Shown: piece by piece, positions 1 through 8,600 of the stretch
How the letters are laid out: each line of letters begins with the position of its first letter
How positions within the stretch are numbered: the stretch's first letter is position 1
Origin: Vicinamibacteria bacterium
GTDB taxonomy: Bacteria > Acidobacteriota > Vicinamibacteria > Fen-336 > JAGNNV01
Length of the DNA stretch: 37,764 nucleotides
Assembly (NCBI GenBank): GCA_031364765.1
Contig: JANLWV010000190.1
Location: forward strand, 1 to 37,764
Direction: 5' to 3'
Made by a program: the position numbers and the translations under genes
Notes under the pieces: generated by a model
What the model saw: the letters and a program-made list of their open reading frames with translations, nothing else
Told to the model about the DNA's origin: nothing
Databases searched by the model: none

Positions 1-150
1 GTTCTCGAGACGAGGCTGCGGTCGGAGTAGACGCGTTGCCTCCGATCCCGATCTCGGCCCCGATTCCGATTCCGGCCGGATTCGGAAATCGCCTTCCGAT
101 CTGTCCGGGAGCGGGGACACGTTACCGTGTGTCCGGGGTCGGGGAACCCC

Positions 151-1605
151 CTACGCTGCTCCGGGGTCGGGGGTCTCGGCGCCCTTCTTGGGAGCGATAA
201 GACCGAGCGCCTTCATCTTCTTGTAGAGATACGAGCGTTCGACGCCCAGCGCTTCGGCGGTGCGGCTCATGTTCCCGTGCCAGGCCTCGTGCTTGCTGGC
301 GATGTATCGACGCTCGAAATCCTCGCGCGCGAGGGCCAGCGTTTCGAAGGCGCCCAAGGTCGTAGGGGACGGGATGGGGGTCGCAGCCCCAGGAGGAGCA
401 CCGCTCGCCGGCGCCGACCCGGCCACGGGTTCTGCCGGGCCGAGGGGGGATCGCAGAACGCCGAGATCGCTCACTTCCACGACGTCGCCCTGGGCCATGA
501 TAACGAGGCGTTCGACCATGTTCCGAAGCTCGCGGACGTTGCCGGGCCAGTCATGGGCCACGAGCACCTCCATGGCCCCGGGCGAATAGTCCTTGATGTG
601 CCGCCCGTATTCCGCCGCATAGCCCTTGCTGAAATGCCTCACCAGCATCGGAATGTCTGAGCGGCGTTCCCGCAGGGGTATCACCTGGATCGGAATCACG
701 TTGAGCCGGAAGTACAGGTCATCGCGGAACGCGCCCTTGCGAATCTCGTCCTCGAGGTTCTTGTTGGTCGCGGCGATCACGCGCACATCGACGGTGACGC
801 TCGCGGACCCGCCGACGGGCTCGATCTTCTGCTCCTGCAGAACGCGGAGAACCTTCGCCTGGGTCTTGAGGGTCATATCGCCGATTTCGTCGAGAAACAG
901 CGTGCCGCCGTCCGCGATTTCAAACTTGCCCTTCCGCGAGGCGGTGGCGCCGGTAAACGAGCCCTTGGCATGACCGAAGAGCTCGCTCTCAATCAACTCC
1001 TCGGGAATCGCCGCACAGTTCACTTCGACGAATGGACCCCCGCTGCGCAAGCTCTGCTGGTGGATGCCACGCGCCACGAGCTCCTTCCCCGTGCCGTTTT
1101 CGCCGGTGATCAGAACACGCCCGTTGCTGGGAGCGGCCTGGGCGATCACCCGGAGAAGCTCCTTGATGGCTTCGCTTCCGCCCACAATCTGGTGCTTGTA
1201 CTCGGCCTCGGCCTTGAGGGCGCGGACCTCCTGTTCCAGTTTCCGGCGGCGCAGCGAGTTCGAAACCGCGAGCAGGATGCGCTCGAGCGAAAGAGGCTTC
1301 TCGATGAAGTCGGCCGCCCCCAGGCGAACGGCTTTGACCGCCGTTTCGACCGTGCCGTGACCGGAGATCACGACCACCGGAAGGTCGGGATCGATCGCCT
1401 GAATGCGCATCAGCGTTTCGATGCCGTCGATTCCGGGGAGCCAGACATCGAGAAGGGCCAGTTCATAGCGGTTCGATTCGACCGCCTTCACCCCAGCCTC
1501 GCCGGTCTCCACGGCGTCGACCCGATACCCCTCGTCGGACAGAATCCCCGAGAGTGAGGCCCGGACCCCGGCTTCGTCGTCAACGATCAGGATGCGTTCG
1601 CGCAT
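151..1605 (-). CDS. sigma-54-dependent two-component response regulator (NtrC/Fis family)
   Basis: 484-aa ORF. N-terminal receiver domain (ILIVDDE ... LLDVWLPGIDG). Central AAA+ sigma-54 activator domain (Walker A GENGTGKE, GAFTGA-type loop present as GSFTGA, Walker B TLFLDEIG). C-terminal Fis-type HTH (NMSRTAEALGVERSYLYKKMK). Confidence 0.93.
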   Translation of the reverse strand: MRERILIVDDEAGVRASLSGILSDEGYRVDAVETGEAGVKAVESNRYELALLDVWLPGIDGIETLMRIQAIDPDLPVVVISGHGTVETAVKAVRLGAADFIEKPLSLERILLAVSNSLRRRKLEQEVRALKAEAEYKHQIVGGSEAIKELLRVIAQAAPSNGRVLITGENGTGKELVARGIHQQSLRSGGPFVEVNCAAIPEELIESELFGHAKGSFTGATASRKGKFEIADGGTLFLDEIGDMTLKTQAKVLRVLQEQKIEPVGGSASVTVDVRVIAATNKNLEDEIRKGAFRDDLYFRLNVIPIQVIPLRERRSDIPMLVRHFSKGYAAEYGRHIKDYSPGAMEVLVAHDWPGNVRELRNMVERLVIMAQGDVVEVSDLGVLRSPLGPAEPVAGSAPASGAPPGAATPIPSPTTLGAFETLALAREDFERRYIASKHEAWHGNMSRTAEALGVERSYLYKKMKALGLIAPKKGAETPDPGAA

Positions 1606-1853
1606 GGAGTCCGGGATCCTACCAGCCAGAACGAGTCTGTGTCCGTTGCGCCACAGGCCGAACGTCCACGATGACTAATTTTGACGACTTGAACTGGGGC
1701 GGCGCCTCCCCAAGCGGTCGGTCCTTGGCGAGAGGCCATGCGAGCCGCTATTCTCACCCTCCGATCCGGCACGGAGGCGCGCGATGGATGGGCGTTCGAA
1801 ACTTCCGCATCAGGTTCGTAGCCGCGCAACCCGCCGGTTTCGGAGATGCCACG

Positions 1854-1882
1854 CTCAATTATGACGAGAGATGTCATATATG
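1854..1882. promoter_or_regulatory. 29-bp imperfect palindrome CTCAATTATGACG-agaga-TGTCATATATG (copy A), candidate operator upstream of the RND efflux operon
   Basis: Read directly from the sequence. Both arms (13 + 11 nt) are identical to a second copy at 10207-10235, while the 5-nt spacer differs (agaga vs cggac). The core is the inverted repeat TATGAC-N7-GTCATA. It lies 67 bp upstream of ATG 1949. Confidence 0.55.
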
Positions 1883-1948
1883 GAGGCGTAGCGTCTTCCG
1901 CATTGCATTTTCGAGGCGTCGTCCTCGTCAACTAAGGAAACCGCAGCC

Positions 1949-3136
1949 ATGACTTTCAGCGAAGAGGGCATCGACTCCATGGGGGAACCTGGTCAGCGAA
2001 CCATGGACCGAATGAGCAGAATCGGCGGGACATGGGTTCTCTTATGCCTCCTCCTCAGCGCGTGCAAGGGCGGCGGTCCCCAGGGCGGAGCGGGCGGGCC
2101 GGGTGGCGGCATGCCCCCAAGCGCCGTGGAGATCGTGAATCTGACGCTCAAGCCCGTCGAGCAGACGACCGAATTCGTGGCCACGCTGAAGTCGCGTCGC
2201 TCGAGCACGATTCAACCTCAGGTGGAGGGATTCATCACCCGCATTGCCGTTCGCAGCGGGGAGAGGGTGGCTCAAGGCGCCACGCTCTTCGAAGTGGACT
2301 CGGCGCCCCAGCAGGCGGTCCTCGCCGCGCAACAATCGATGCGGGCGATGCGCGCCGCGGAAGTGGAATACGCGCAGCAGCAAGCGAGGCGAACCCGAAA
2401 ACTGTTTGAAGCGGGCGCGGCCAGTCAGCGCGACGCCGAGGAGGCCGACACGGCCTTGCGCACAAGCGAGGCCCAATTGAAGGCGGTCGACGAACAGGTC
2501 CTCCAACAGCGCGCTGAACTCGGTTATTACAAGGTCACGGCGCCTTCGGCGGGTGTGGTGGGCGACATCCCGGTCCGCATCGGCGACCGGGTGACGAACT
2601 CCACGGTGCTCACGACGGTCGATGAGAACAACGCTCTCGAGGTCTATGTCAGCGTGCCGGTGGCGCAGGCCCCGGGCCTGAAGGCCGGACTTCCCGTGCG
2701 GATCATGGACGATTCGGGCCAGGTGCTCGCCACCAACGGGATCACATTCGTTTCGCCCAACGTGGATGACGCGACCCAGACCGTTCTGGCCAAGGCGACG
2801 CTCGTCGAGGGGCGCGGGATGTTCCGCGCCGACCAGTTCGTCAAGGTGCGCATCGTCTGGCGCTCCGATCTCGGACTCACCATTCCGGTGACCGCGGTCA
2901 TGCGCGTCAACGGCCAGTATTTTGCCTTCGTGGCCGAGAAGGACGACAAGGGCGGGCTCGTGGCCAAGCAACGGGCGGTGCAGCTCGGCGACATCATCGG
3001 AAACGACTACGTCGTGCGCGACGGCCTGAAGCCCGGCGACCAACTGATCGTCTCGGGCCTGCAAAAGATCGGCGACGGCGCGCCGGTGAGGGCCCAAGCA
3101 CCCGCCCCCGCCCCGGAACCGACGAAGGGTCTGTAG
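1949..3136 (+). CDS. efflux RND transporter periplasmic adaptor subunit (MFP, AcrA/HlyD_D23 family)
   Basis: 395-aa ORF with a lipoprotein-like signal (WVLLCLLLSAC), a coiled-coil hairpin segment (QQ..MRAAEVEYAQQQARR...AQLKAVDEQV) and C-terminal beta-barrel/MP domains typical of adaptors. An AAGGA SD lies ~8 nt before ATG 1949. ATGs at 2003/2012 are alternative starts. The gene ends with TAG TAG, 5 nt before the pump gene. Confidence 0.9.
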   Translation: MTFSEEGIDSMGEPGQRTMDRMSRIGGTWVLLCLLLSACKGGGPQGGAGGPGGGMPPSAVEIVNLTLKPVEQTTEFVATLKSRRSSTIQPQVEGFITRIAVRSGERVAQGATLFEVDSAPQQAVLAAQQSMRAMRAAEVEYAQQQARRTRKLFEAGAASQRDAEEADTALRTSEAQLKAVDEQVLQQRAELGYYKVTAPSAGVVGDIPVRIGDRVTNSTVLTTVDENNALEVYVSVPVAQAPGLKAGLPVRIMDDSGQVLATNGITFVSPNVDDATQTVLAKATLVEGRGMFRADQFVKVRIVWRSDLGLTIPVTAVMRVNGQYFAFVAEKDDKGGLVAKQRAVQLGDIIGNDYVVRDGLKPGDQLIVSGLQKIGDGAPVRAQAPAPAPEPTKGL

Positions 3137-3141
3137 TAGCC

Positions 3142-6100
3142 ATGCTCGCTGACGTCTTCATCCGCCGGCCCGTCCTGTCGACGGTCTGCTCCCTGCTGAT
3201 CATTCTCGCGGGCGCGGTGTCGATTCCGACCCTGCCGATCGCCCGCTACCCTGACCTCGCACCGCCCTCGCTCACCGTCTCCGCGGTCTACACCGGCGCC
3301 AACGCCCAGTCGGTGGAGAGCGCGGTGACCACACCACTCGAGCAGGCGATCAATGGCGTCGAGGGGATGACCTACATCACCTCGTCCAGCACCAACAGCG
3401 GCTTCTCCACCATCAACGTCACGTTCGACATCGACCGGGATATTGACCTCGCCGCCGTGGACGTGCAGAACCGCGTGAACCAGGCGCTCGGCCGGATGCC
3501 CGCCGATGTCCGAACCAACGGCATCTCGGTATTCAAGAACACCTCGGGTTGGATGGGCGGCATGGGCTTCTTTTCGAAGGACAACCGCTACAGCAGCCAG
3601 TTCATCAGCAACTACATCGATCTGTACGTGCGGGACGCGGTCAAACGCGTCAAGGGCGTGGGCGACGTCATCATCTTCGGCGAACGCAAGTTCGCCATGC
3701 GGCTGTGGCTCGACCCGGCGAAGCTCGCGGGGCGGCGCCTCACCGCGGGCGACGTGCTCGGCGCCCTGCGTGAACAGAACGTGCAGGTGGCGGCGGGCGC
3801 TTTGGGCGACGCCCCGTCATCGCCCCAACAGATGTTCACCATCAGCGTGCGGGCCATGGGCCGGCTGTCGGAAGCGAGTCAGTTCGAGGACGTCGTGATC
3901 AAGGCGGGCAAAGGTGGCGCGCTGGTGCGGGTCAAGGATGTCGGCCGGGTCGAACTGGGCGCCGAGACCTACTCGTCCAATCTCCGGTTCCTGGGCCTGG
4001 AGGCGCAGGGTATCGGCGTCACTCTCCTCCCCTCCGCCAACGCCATCGACGTGTTCCAGGGCGTCATGGCGGAGATGGCCGTGCTCGAGAAGAGTTTTCC
4101 GCCCGGGCTCGAATGGCGCATGGCGTTCGACAACGTCGTGGTCGTGCGGGAGTCCATCATTGAGGTGGTGAAGACTCTCGCCGAGGCGATCGCCCTGGTC
4201 ATCCTGGTGATGTTCCTGTTTCTCCAGAACTGGCGGAGCACCATCATTCCGGCCATCACCCTTCCGGTTTCGCTGATCGGCACCTTCTCGTTCATCAAGC
4301 TGTTCGGTTTCTCCATCAACACCCTGACCCTTTTCGGCATCGTTCTCGCCACCGGGATCGTGGTCGACGACGCCATCGTGGTGATCGAGAATATCGAACG
4401 CCACATGAGGGAGTTCAAGAAGTCGGCGCATCGGGCGTCGATCGACGCCATGCGCGAGGTCTTTGGCGCGGTGGTCGTGATTGGCCTTGTCCTGGTGGCG
4501 GTCTTCGTTCCGGTGGCTTTCTTCCCCGGTGTCACCGGCCGGCTGTATCAGCAGTTCTCCCTGACCATCGCCTTCGCCGTGGTTCTGTCGGTGTTCAACG
4601 CCGTCACCCTGACTCCCGCCCTTTCCGCCCTGCTTCTCGACAAGGAGAGTCACACCCACGGCCGGTTCTTCACCGCCTTCAACCGCGTGGTGGATAACGG
4701 TACTTCGGCTTACTCGCGCCTGGTCCGAAGGGTCCTTGGACTTCGCGCGGCCATGATCGTGCTGTTCGTGGGCGGCCTCCTGGCCACCTGGGGCGTCTAT
4801 CGCGTGGTTCCGTCGGCTTTCGTTCCCGACGAAGACGAGGGTTACTTCATGGTCCTGGTGCAAGCGCCTGCCGGCGCGTCGCTCGAGTACTCCACGAACA
4901 TCGCCAAAAAGGCCGAGGAGATCATCACAAAGGATCCCGACGTCCTGGCCGCGTTCTCGGTCATGGGCTTCAGCTTTTCGGGGGCCGCGCCCAACAACGG
5001 GATGATCTTTGCGCCGCTCAAGGAATACGCCCAGCGCCGAGGGCCTGAGCACTCGCTCAGCGCCGTCATCAACCGTCTGCGTGGTCCTCTGTTCGGCATT
5101 CCGGGCGCCTTCATCGTCGCCTTCCCCCCTCCGGCGATTCAGGGTCTGGGCGCCTTCGCCGGGTTCCAGTTCGAGCTGCTCGATCAGACCGGCGCCGAAA
5201 GCGTAGACGGCCTGGCCGCCGCGATGAACGGCTTGATCGGAGAGGCGAGCCAGGGCGCCCAGGTGCAGGGCCTCTTCAGCAGCTTCAGCGCAGCCGATCC
5301 GCAGTTGCTCGTCGACATCGACCGCGACAAGGCGCGCAGTCTCGGCCTGCCGCTTTCGGAAGTCACCGACGCCCTTCAGGTGTTCCTGGGGTCGCAGTAC
5401 GTGAATGACTTCGACTTCAACAACCGGGCCTACCGCGTCTATGTCCAGGCCGACCAGCAATTCCGGTCGAGCCCCTCCTCCCTCCGGCAGCTCTACGCGC
5501 GTGCTTCGAGCGGCGACATGGTCTCGCTGGACTCGGTGGTCAAGGTCAAGGAGACGACGGCTCCCTCGGTCATCAGCCATTTCAACCTGTTCCGCTCCGT
5601 GTCGATCTCCGGCAGCCCCGGTCCCGGCGTGAGCTCGGGTCAGGCCCTGGTCGCGATGGAGGATCTGGCGAGCAAGCTCCCGACCGGTTTCACGTTTGCC
5701 TGGTCCGGGCAGTCGCTCGAGGAGATCAAGGCGGGCGCTCAGGCCGGCGCCATCTTCGCCTTGAGCGTCATCCTCGTCTACCTCGTCCTGGCCGCCCAGT
5801 ACGAATCGTTCGTGCTGCCTTTTATCATTCTGCTCGGCGTGCCGCTCGCCATCTTCGGCGCCCTGTCGGCTCAGTGGGTCCGCGGTTTCACCAACGATGT
5901 TTTCTGCCAGGTGGGCCTGATCCTTCTGGTTGGACTCGCCGCGAAGAACTCGATTCTGATCGTGGAATTCGCGGAGCAGCTGCGCGAGCGCGGTCTGTCG
6001 ATTGTGGACGCCGCGGTGGAGTCTTCGCGTATCCGCCTCCGTCCGATCCTGATGACATCGTTCGCGTTCATTCTCGGCGTGCTGCCCCTGGCCTTCGCGA

Positions 6101-7575
6101 CGGGTGCTGGTGCTTCGGGGCGCAACTCGATCGGCACCACCGTCGCGGGCGGCATGCTGGCCTCCACCTTTTTGTCCATCGTTTTCATTCCCGTTCTCTA
6201 CGTGGTCATTCGGACACTCGCCCCCGGACGCGGGCGAAGGGCGCATGACGAGGGTGAAGGTGAAGGCGGGACCGGCACGCTGAGTTCGGGCAGGCCCGGC
6301 CCGGGAACCGCCGGCGTCGCGATCCTGATCATCCTCTCGCTGATAGCACCCGCGGGTGCTCAGACCGCGGTGGAATCGCCCAAGGAGTCCCTCAGCTTTG
6401 AACAAGCGGTCGCCCGCGCGGTCGAGAAGAACCCAACGGTGGCGATCGCCGCCACCAACATCCTGCGTTCGCAGGGCCTGCTCCAGCAGCTCCGCTCGTC
6501 TGGTCTTCCGCGCGTGACCGCGAGCATCAACAACACGACGCTCGACCAGGCTTTTGGCTTTGATGCCGGGATTGTCCAGCCCAAAAACCAGTCGGTGTTT
6601 GGCCTGTCCGTGTCGGTGCCGATTCTGGCCGCCGCGCAGTGGGCGGCGAACGCGCAGGCGAAGGATCGGGTCGAAGTCTCCCGCCTGTCGAGCGCCGATA
6701 TCCGCCGGCAGGTGGCGGTGAGTGCCGCCGCCGCGTACCTCTCCGTCATCACCCAGAGGCGTCTCGTGCAGATCGCCGAACGCTCCCTCGACACGGCGCG
6801 CGCCCAGTTCGACTACAACCGGACGCGCCGCGAGGGCGGCCTGGGCAGCCGGCTGAATGAACTGAGGTCCGGCCAGGTGGTCTCGACTGACGAGACCCTG
6901 GTCGAGACCTTCAAGCTGGGCCTGCGCCGATCGCAGGAAGCGCTCGGCATCCTGCTCGGCGAAGACGGGCCGGTCGACGCGACCGGCGAGCCCACGTTCG
7001 ATATCTCGTCCGCCGACATCACCGACGACTGGATGTCCTCCCGCTCGGACATGCTCCTGCTCGCGGCGGAGCAGCGCGCCGCCCAGAACGTCCTCAAAGG
7101 CAGCTCGAAAGACTGGTGGCCCACGGTCAAGATGTCGTTCGATCCGCAGTACCTGACGCCTTCCGGTCTCTTTCAGCGCTCGAAGAGCTGGCGCCTCTCG
7201 TTCGAACTCTCGCAAACTCTCTACAACGGCGGCGAGCGCGGCGGCGTCCAGCTTCAGCGTCAGGCGAACGCCCAGGCGGCGGACTTCGCTATCGCCCAGC
7301 GCCAGATTCAGGCCCGGGCGGAGATCCGGAATGCGCGCACCGCGGTTGAGGCCTATGGCCGCGTGCTGCTGAGCGCTCGGCTCGCCGCCGAACAGGCGAA
7401 CGAAGTTCTGAAGATCACGATCACCGCGTTCGACGCGGGCGCCTCCACCAATATCGAAGTCATCGAGGCCCAGCGCTCCGCTCGCGACGTTGAAACCGCC
7501 CTCGCACAATCGGAGGATGCGCTGCGACAGGCCCAGTTCGACCTGCTGGTGGCCCTCGGCCGGTTCCCGAAATAG
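3142..7575 (+). CDS. RND (AcrB/HAE1-type) inner-membrane efflux pump fused in frame to a TolC-like outer-membrane factor
   Basis: Single 1477-codon ORF. Residues 1 to ~1023 have the canonical RND layout (N-terminal TM, two large periplasmic loops, 12-TM pattern, motifs such as VVDDAIVVIENIERH and AAKNSILIVEFA). Residues ~1074-1477 look like an OEP/TolC family protein (LSFEQAVARAVEKNPTV..., two tandem coiled-coil/beta repeats, C-terminal QAQFDLLVALG). Between them is a charged linker and a hydrophobic stretch VAILIILSLIAPAGA (6316-6360). There is no stop and no in-frame ATG/GTG/TTG at the junction. Confidence 0.88.
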   Translation: MLADVFIRRPVLSTVCSLLIILAGAVSIPTLPIARYPDLAPPSLTVSAVYTGANAQSVESAVTTPLEQAINGVEGMTYITSSSTNSGFSTINVTFDIDRDIDLAAVDVQNRVNQALGRMPADVRTNGISVFKNTSGWMGGMGFFSKDNRYSSQFISNYIDLYVRDAVKRVKGVGDVIIFGERKFAMRLWLDPAKLAGRRLTAGDVLGALREQNVQVAAGALGDAPSSPQQMFTISVRAMGRLSEASQFEDVVIKAGKGGALVRVKDVGRVELGAETYSSNLRFLGLEAQGIGVTLLPSANAIDVFQGVMAEMAVLEKSFPPGLEWRMAFDNVVVVRESIIEVVKTLAEAIALVILVMFLFLQNWRSTIIPAITLPVSLIGTFSFIKLFGFSINTLTLFGIVLATGIVVDDAIVVIENIERHMREFKKSAHRASIDAMREVFGAVVVIGLVLVAVFVPVAFFPGVTGRLYQQFSLTIAFAVVLSVFNAVTLTPALSALLLDKESHTHGRFFTAFNRVVDNGTSAYSRLVRRVLGLRAAMIVLFVGGLLATWGVYRVVPSAFVPDEDEGYFMVLVQAPAGASLEYSTNIAKKAEEIITKDPDVLAAFSVMGFSFSGAAPNNGMIFAPLKEYAQRRGPEHSLSAVINRLRGPLFGIPGAFIVAFPPPAIQGLGAFAGFQFELLDQTGAESVDGLAAAMNGLIGEASQGAQVQGLFSSFSAADPQLLVDIDRDKARSLGLPLSEVTDALQVFLGSQYVNDFDFNNRAYRVYVQADQQFRSSPSSLRQLYARASSGDMVSLDSVVKVKETTAPSVISHFNLFRSVSISGSPGPGVSSGQALVAMEDLASKLPTGFTFAWSGQSLEEIKAGAQAGAIFALSVILVYLVLAAQYESFVLPFIILLGVPLAIFGALSAQWVRGFTNDVFCQVGLILLVGLAAKNSILIVEFAEQLRERGLSIVDAAVESSRIRLRPILMTSFAFILGVLPLAFATGAGASGRNSIGTTVAGGMLASTFLSIVFIPVLYVVIRTLAPGRGRRAHDEGEGEGGTGTLSSGRPGPGTAGVAILIILSLIAPAGAQTAVESPKESLSFEQAVARAVEKNPTVAIAATNILRSQGLLQQLRSSGLPRVTASINNTTLDQAFGFDAGIVQPKNQSVFGLSVSVPILAAAQWAANAQAKDRVEVSRLSSADIRRQVAVSAAAAYLSVITQRRLVQIAERSLDTARAQFDYNRTRREGGLGSRLNELRSGQVVSTDETLVETFKLGLRRSQEALGILLGEDGPVDATGEPTFDISSADITDDWMSSRSDMLLLAAEQRAAQNVLKGSSKDWWPTVKMSFDPQYLTPSGLFQRSKSWRLSFELSQTLYNGGERGGVQLQRQANAQAADFAIAQRQIQARAEIRNARTAVEAYGRVLLSARLAAEQANEVLKITITAFDAGASTNIEVIEAQRSARDVETALAQSEDALRQAQFDLLVALGRFPK

Positions 7576-7671
7576 GCGAGGTCAGGGGCCGGCGTCGCTG
7601 CGGCCGGGACCATGCGAAGATTGTCGACCCCGTTCGGGCAGACCGACCCATCCACATTCCGGAGAAAAACC

Positions 7672-8562
7672 ATGGAACCAAAAAACGCCGGCGACTTCGA
7701 TCAGGGCGTGTATGACCTCTTCGACAAATTCGTTCACGGCGACATCGATCGACGAGGCTTCATAGATGGCGCGGGCAAGTTCAGCGTTGCCGGCATGACC
7801 GGCGGCATGATCCTTGACGCCCTCACGCCTCGCTTCGCGGAGGCGCAGGTGGTCGCCAAGGACGACAAGCGGATCGTGACGGAGTTCGTCGAGTACCCCT
7901 CTCCGCAGGGCAATGTGAAGATGCGCGGATACCTGGTGCGGCCCGCCGACAAGAAGGGAAAGCTGCCCGGAGTTCTCGTGATTCACGAGAACCGCGGCCT
8001 CAACCCCCACATCGAGGACATCGCGCGTCGAGTCGCTCTCGAGGGCTACATGGCCTTCGCTCCCGACGCGCTCTTCCCCCTCGGCGGCTATCCCGACGAC
8101 GAGGACAAGGCTCGCGAACTGTTTCCGAAGCTCGAGCAGCCGAAGACGCGCGAAGACTTCGTGGCCGCGGTCGCCTGGCTCAAGGGCCGCGGCGACTGCA
8201 CGGGCAAAGTCGCGGCCGTCGGTTTCTGTTACGGCGGCGGCATTGCCAACATGCTGGCCACTCGTATTCCAGATCTCGCCGGCGCGGTCCCTTTCTACGG
8301 TGGGGCGCCGCCCGCTGACGACGTCAAGAGCATCAAGTGCCCGATGCTCATCCATCACGCTGAGAAAGACGAGCGACTGGTCGCCGCCTGGCCGGCCTAC
8401 GAGGAAGCTCTCAAGGCGAACAAAGTTCGATACGAGGGTTTCATCTACCCGGGCGCCCAGCACGGCTTCAACAACGACACCACGCCGCGCTATGACAAGG
8501 CCGCCGCTGATCTGGCCTGGAAGCGGACGGTCGAGTTCTTCCAGAAGAACCTGAAGGGCTAG
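7672..8562 (+). CDS. dienelactone hydrolase family protein with Tat-type signal
   Basis: The ORF is open from 7612. ATG 7672 is preceded by GGAG. A twin-arginine motif DRRGFIDGAG is followed by a hydrophobic stretch and AEA-Q. DLH fold motifs are present (VLVIHENRGL, nucleophile motif GFCYGG, C-terminal HGF). Confidence 0.85.
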   Translation: MEPKNAGDFDQGVYDLFDKFVHGDIDRRGFIDGAGKFSVAGMTGGMILDALTPRFAEAQVVAKDDKRIVTEFVEYPSPQGNVKMRGYLVRPADKKGKLPGVLVIHENRGLNPHIEDIARRVALEGYMAFAPDALFPLGGYPDDEDKARELFPKLEQPKTREDFVAAVAWLKGRGDCTGKVAAVGFCYGGGIANMLATRIPDLAGAVPFYGGAPPADDVKSIKCPMLIHHAEKDERLVAAWPAYEEALKANKVRYEGFIYPGAQHGFNNDTTPRYDKAAADLAWKRTVEFFQKNLKG

Positions 8563-8600
8563 CCCGTTGATCGCTGTTCCGTGAGGTACGCGGAACGGAG

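Noticed and set aside
1-150. Possible gene ends at the left edge (plus frame ending TAG 28-30; minus-strand GTG at 118-120 running off the edge) and a near-palindrome CCGATTCCGG/CCGGATTCGG at ~67-86
   Set aside because: These are too short to assess coding potential. The translations are uninformative, and the palindrome has no loop or T-tract to support a terminator call.
1840-1915. Possible sigma-54 (-24/-12) promoter for the efflux operon next to the NtrC-type regulator (TGCCACG at ~1847, TTGCAT at ~1905)
   Set aside because: Neither site has the GG-N10-GC spacing. TGCCAC lacks the GG, and the TTGC has GT rather than GG 12 nt upstream.
1587-1931. ORFs 1554-1952 (plus strand) and 1587-1931 (minus strand) in the ntrC/adaptor divergent spacer
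   Set aside because: They have no SD, no motifs and an Arg/Pro-rich composition, and they overlap the ntrC-type gene start. I treat the 343-bp region as non-coding regulatory DNA.
6280-6282. In-frame CTG with an upstream GAAGG as an independent start for the TolC-like part
   Set aside because: CTG initiation is rare and there is no stop ending the pump part, so the fusion reading is simpler. It is kept as the main alternative in the finding rather than annotated as a separate gene.
3817-7509. 1230-aa ORF on the minus strand antisense to the pump-OMF gene
   Set aside because: Its product is low-complexity and Arg/Gly/Asp-rich with no recognisable domain. Long stop-free antisense frames are expected in GC-rich coding DNA, and the plus-strand RND/TolC homology is unambiguous.
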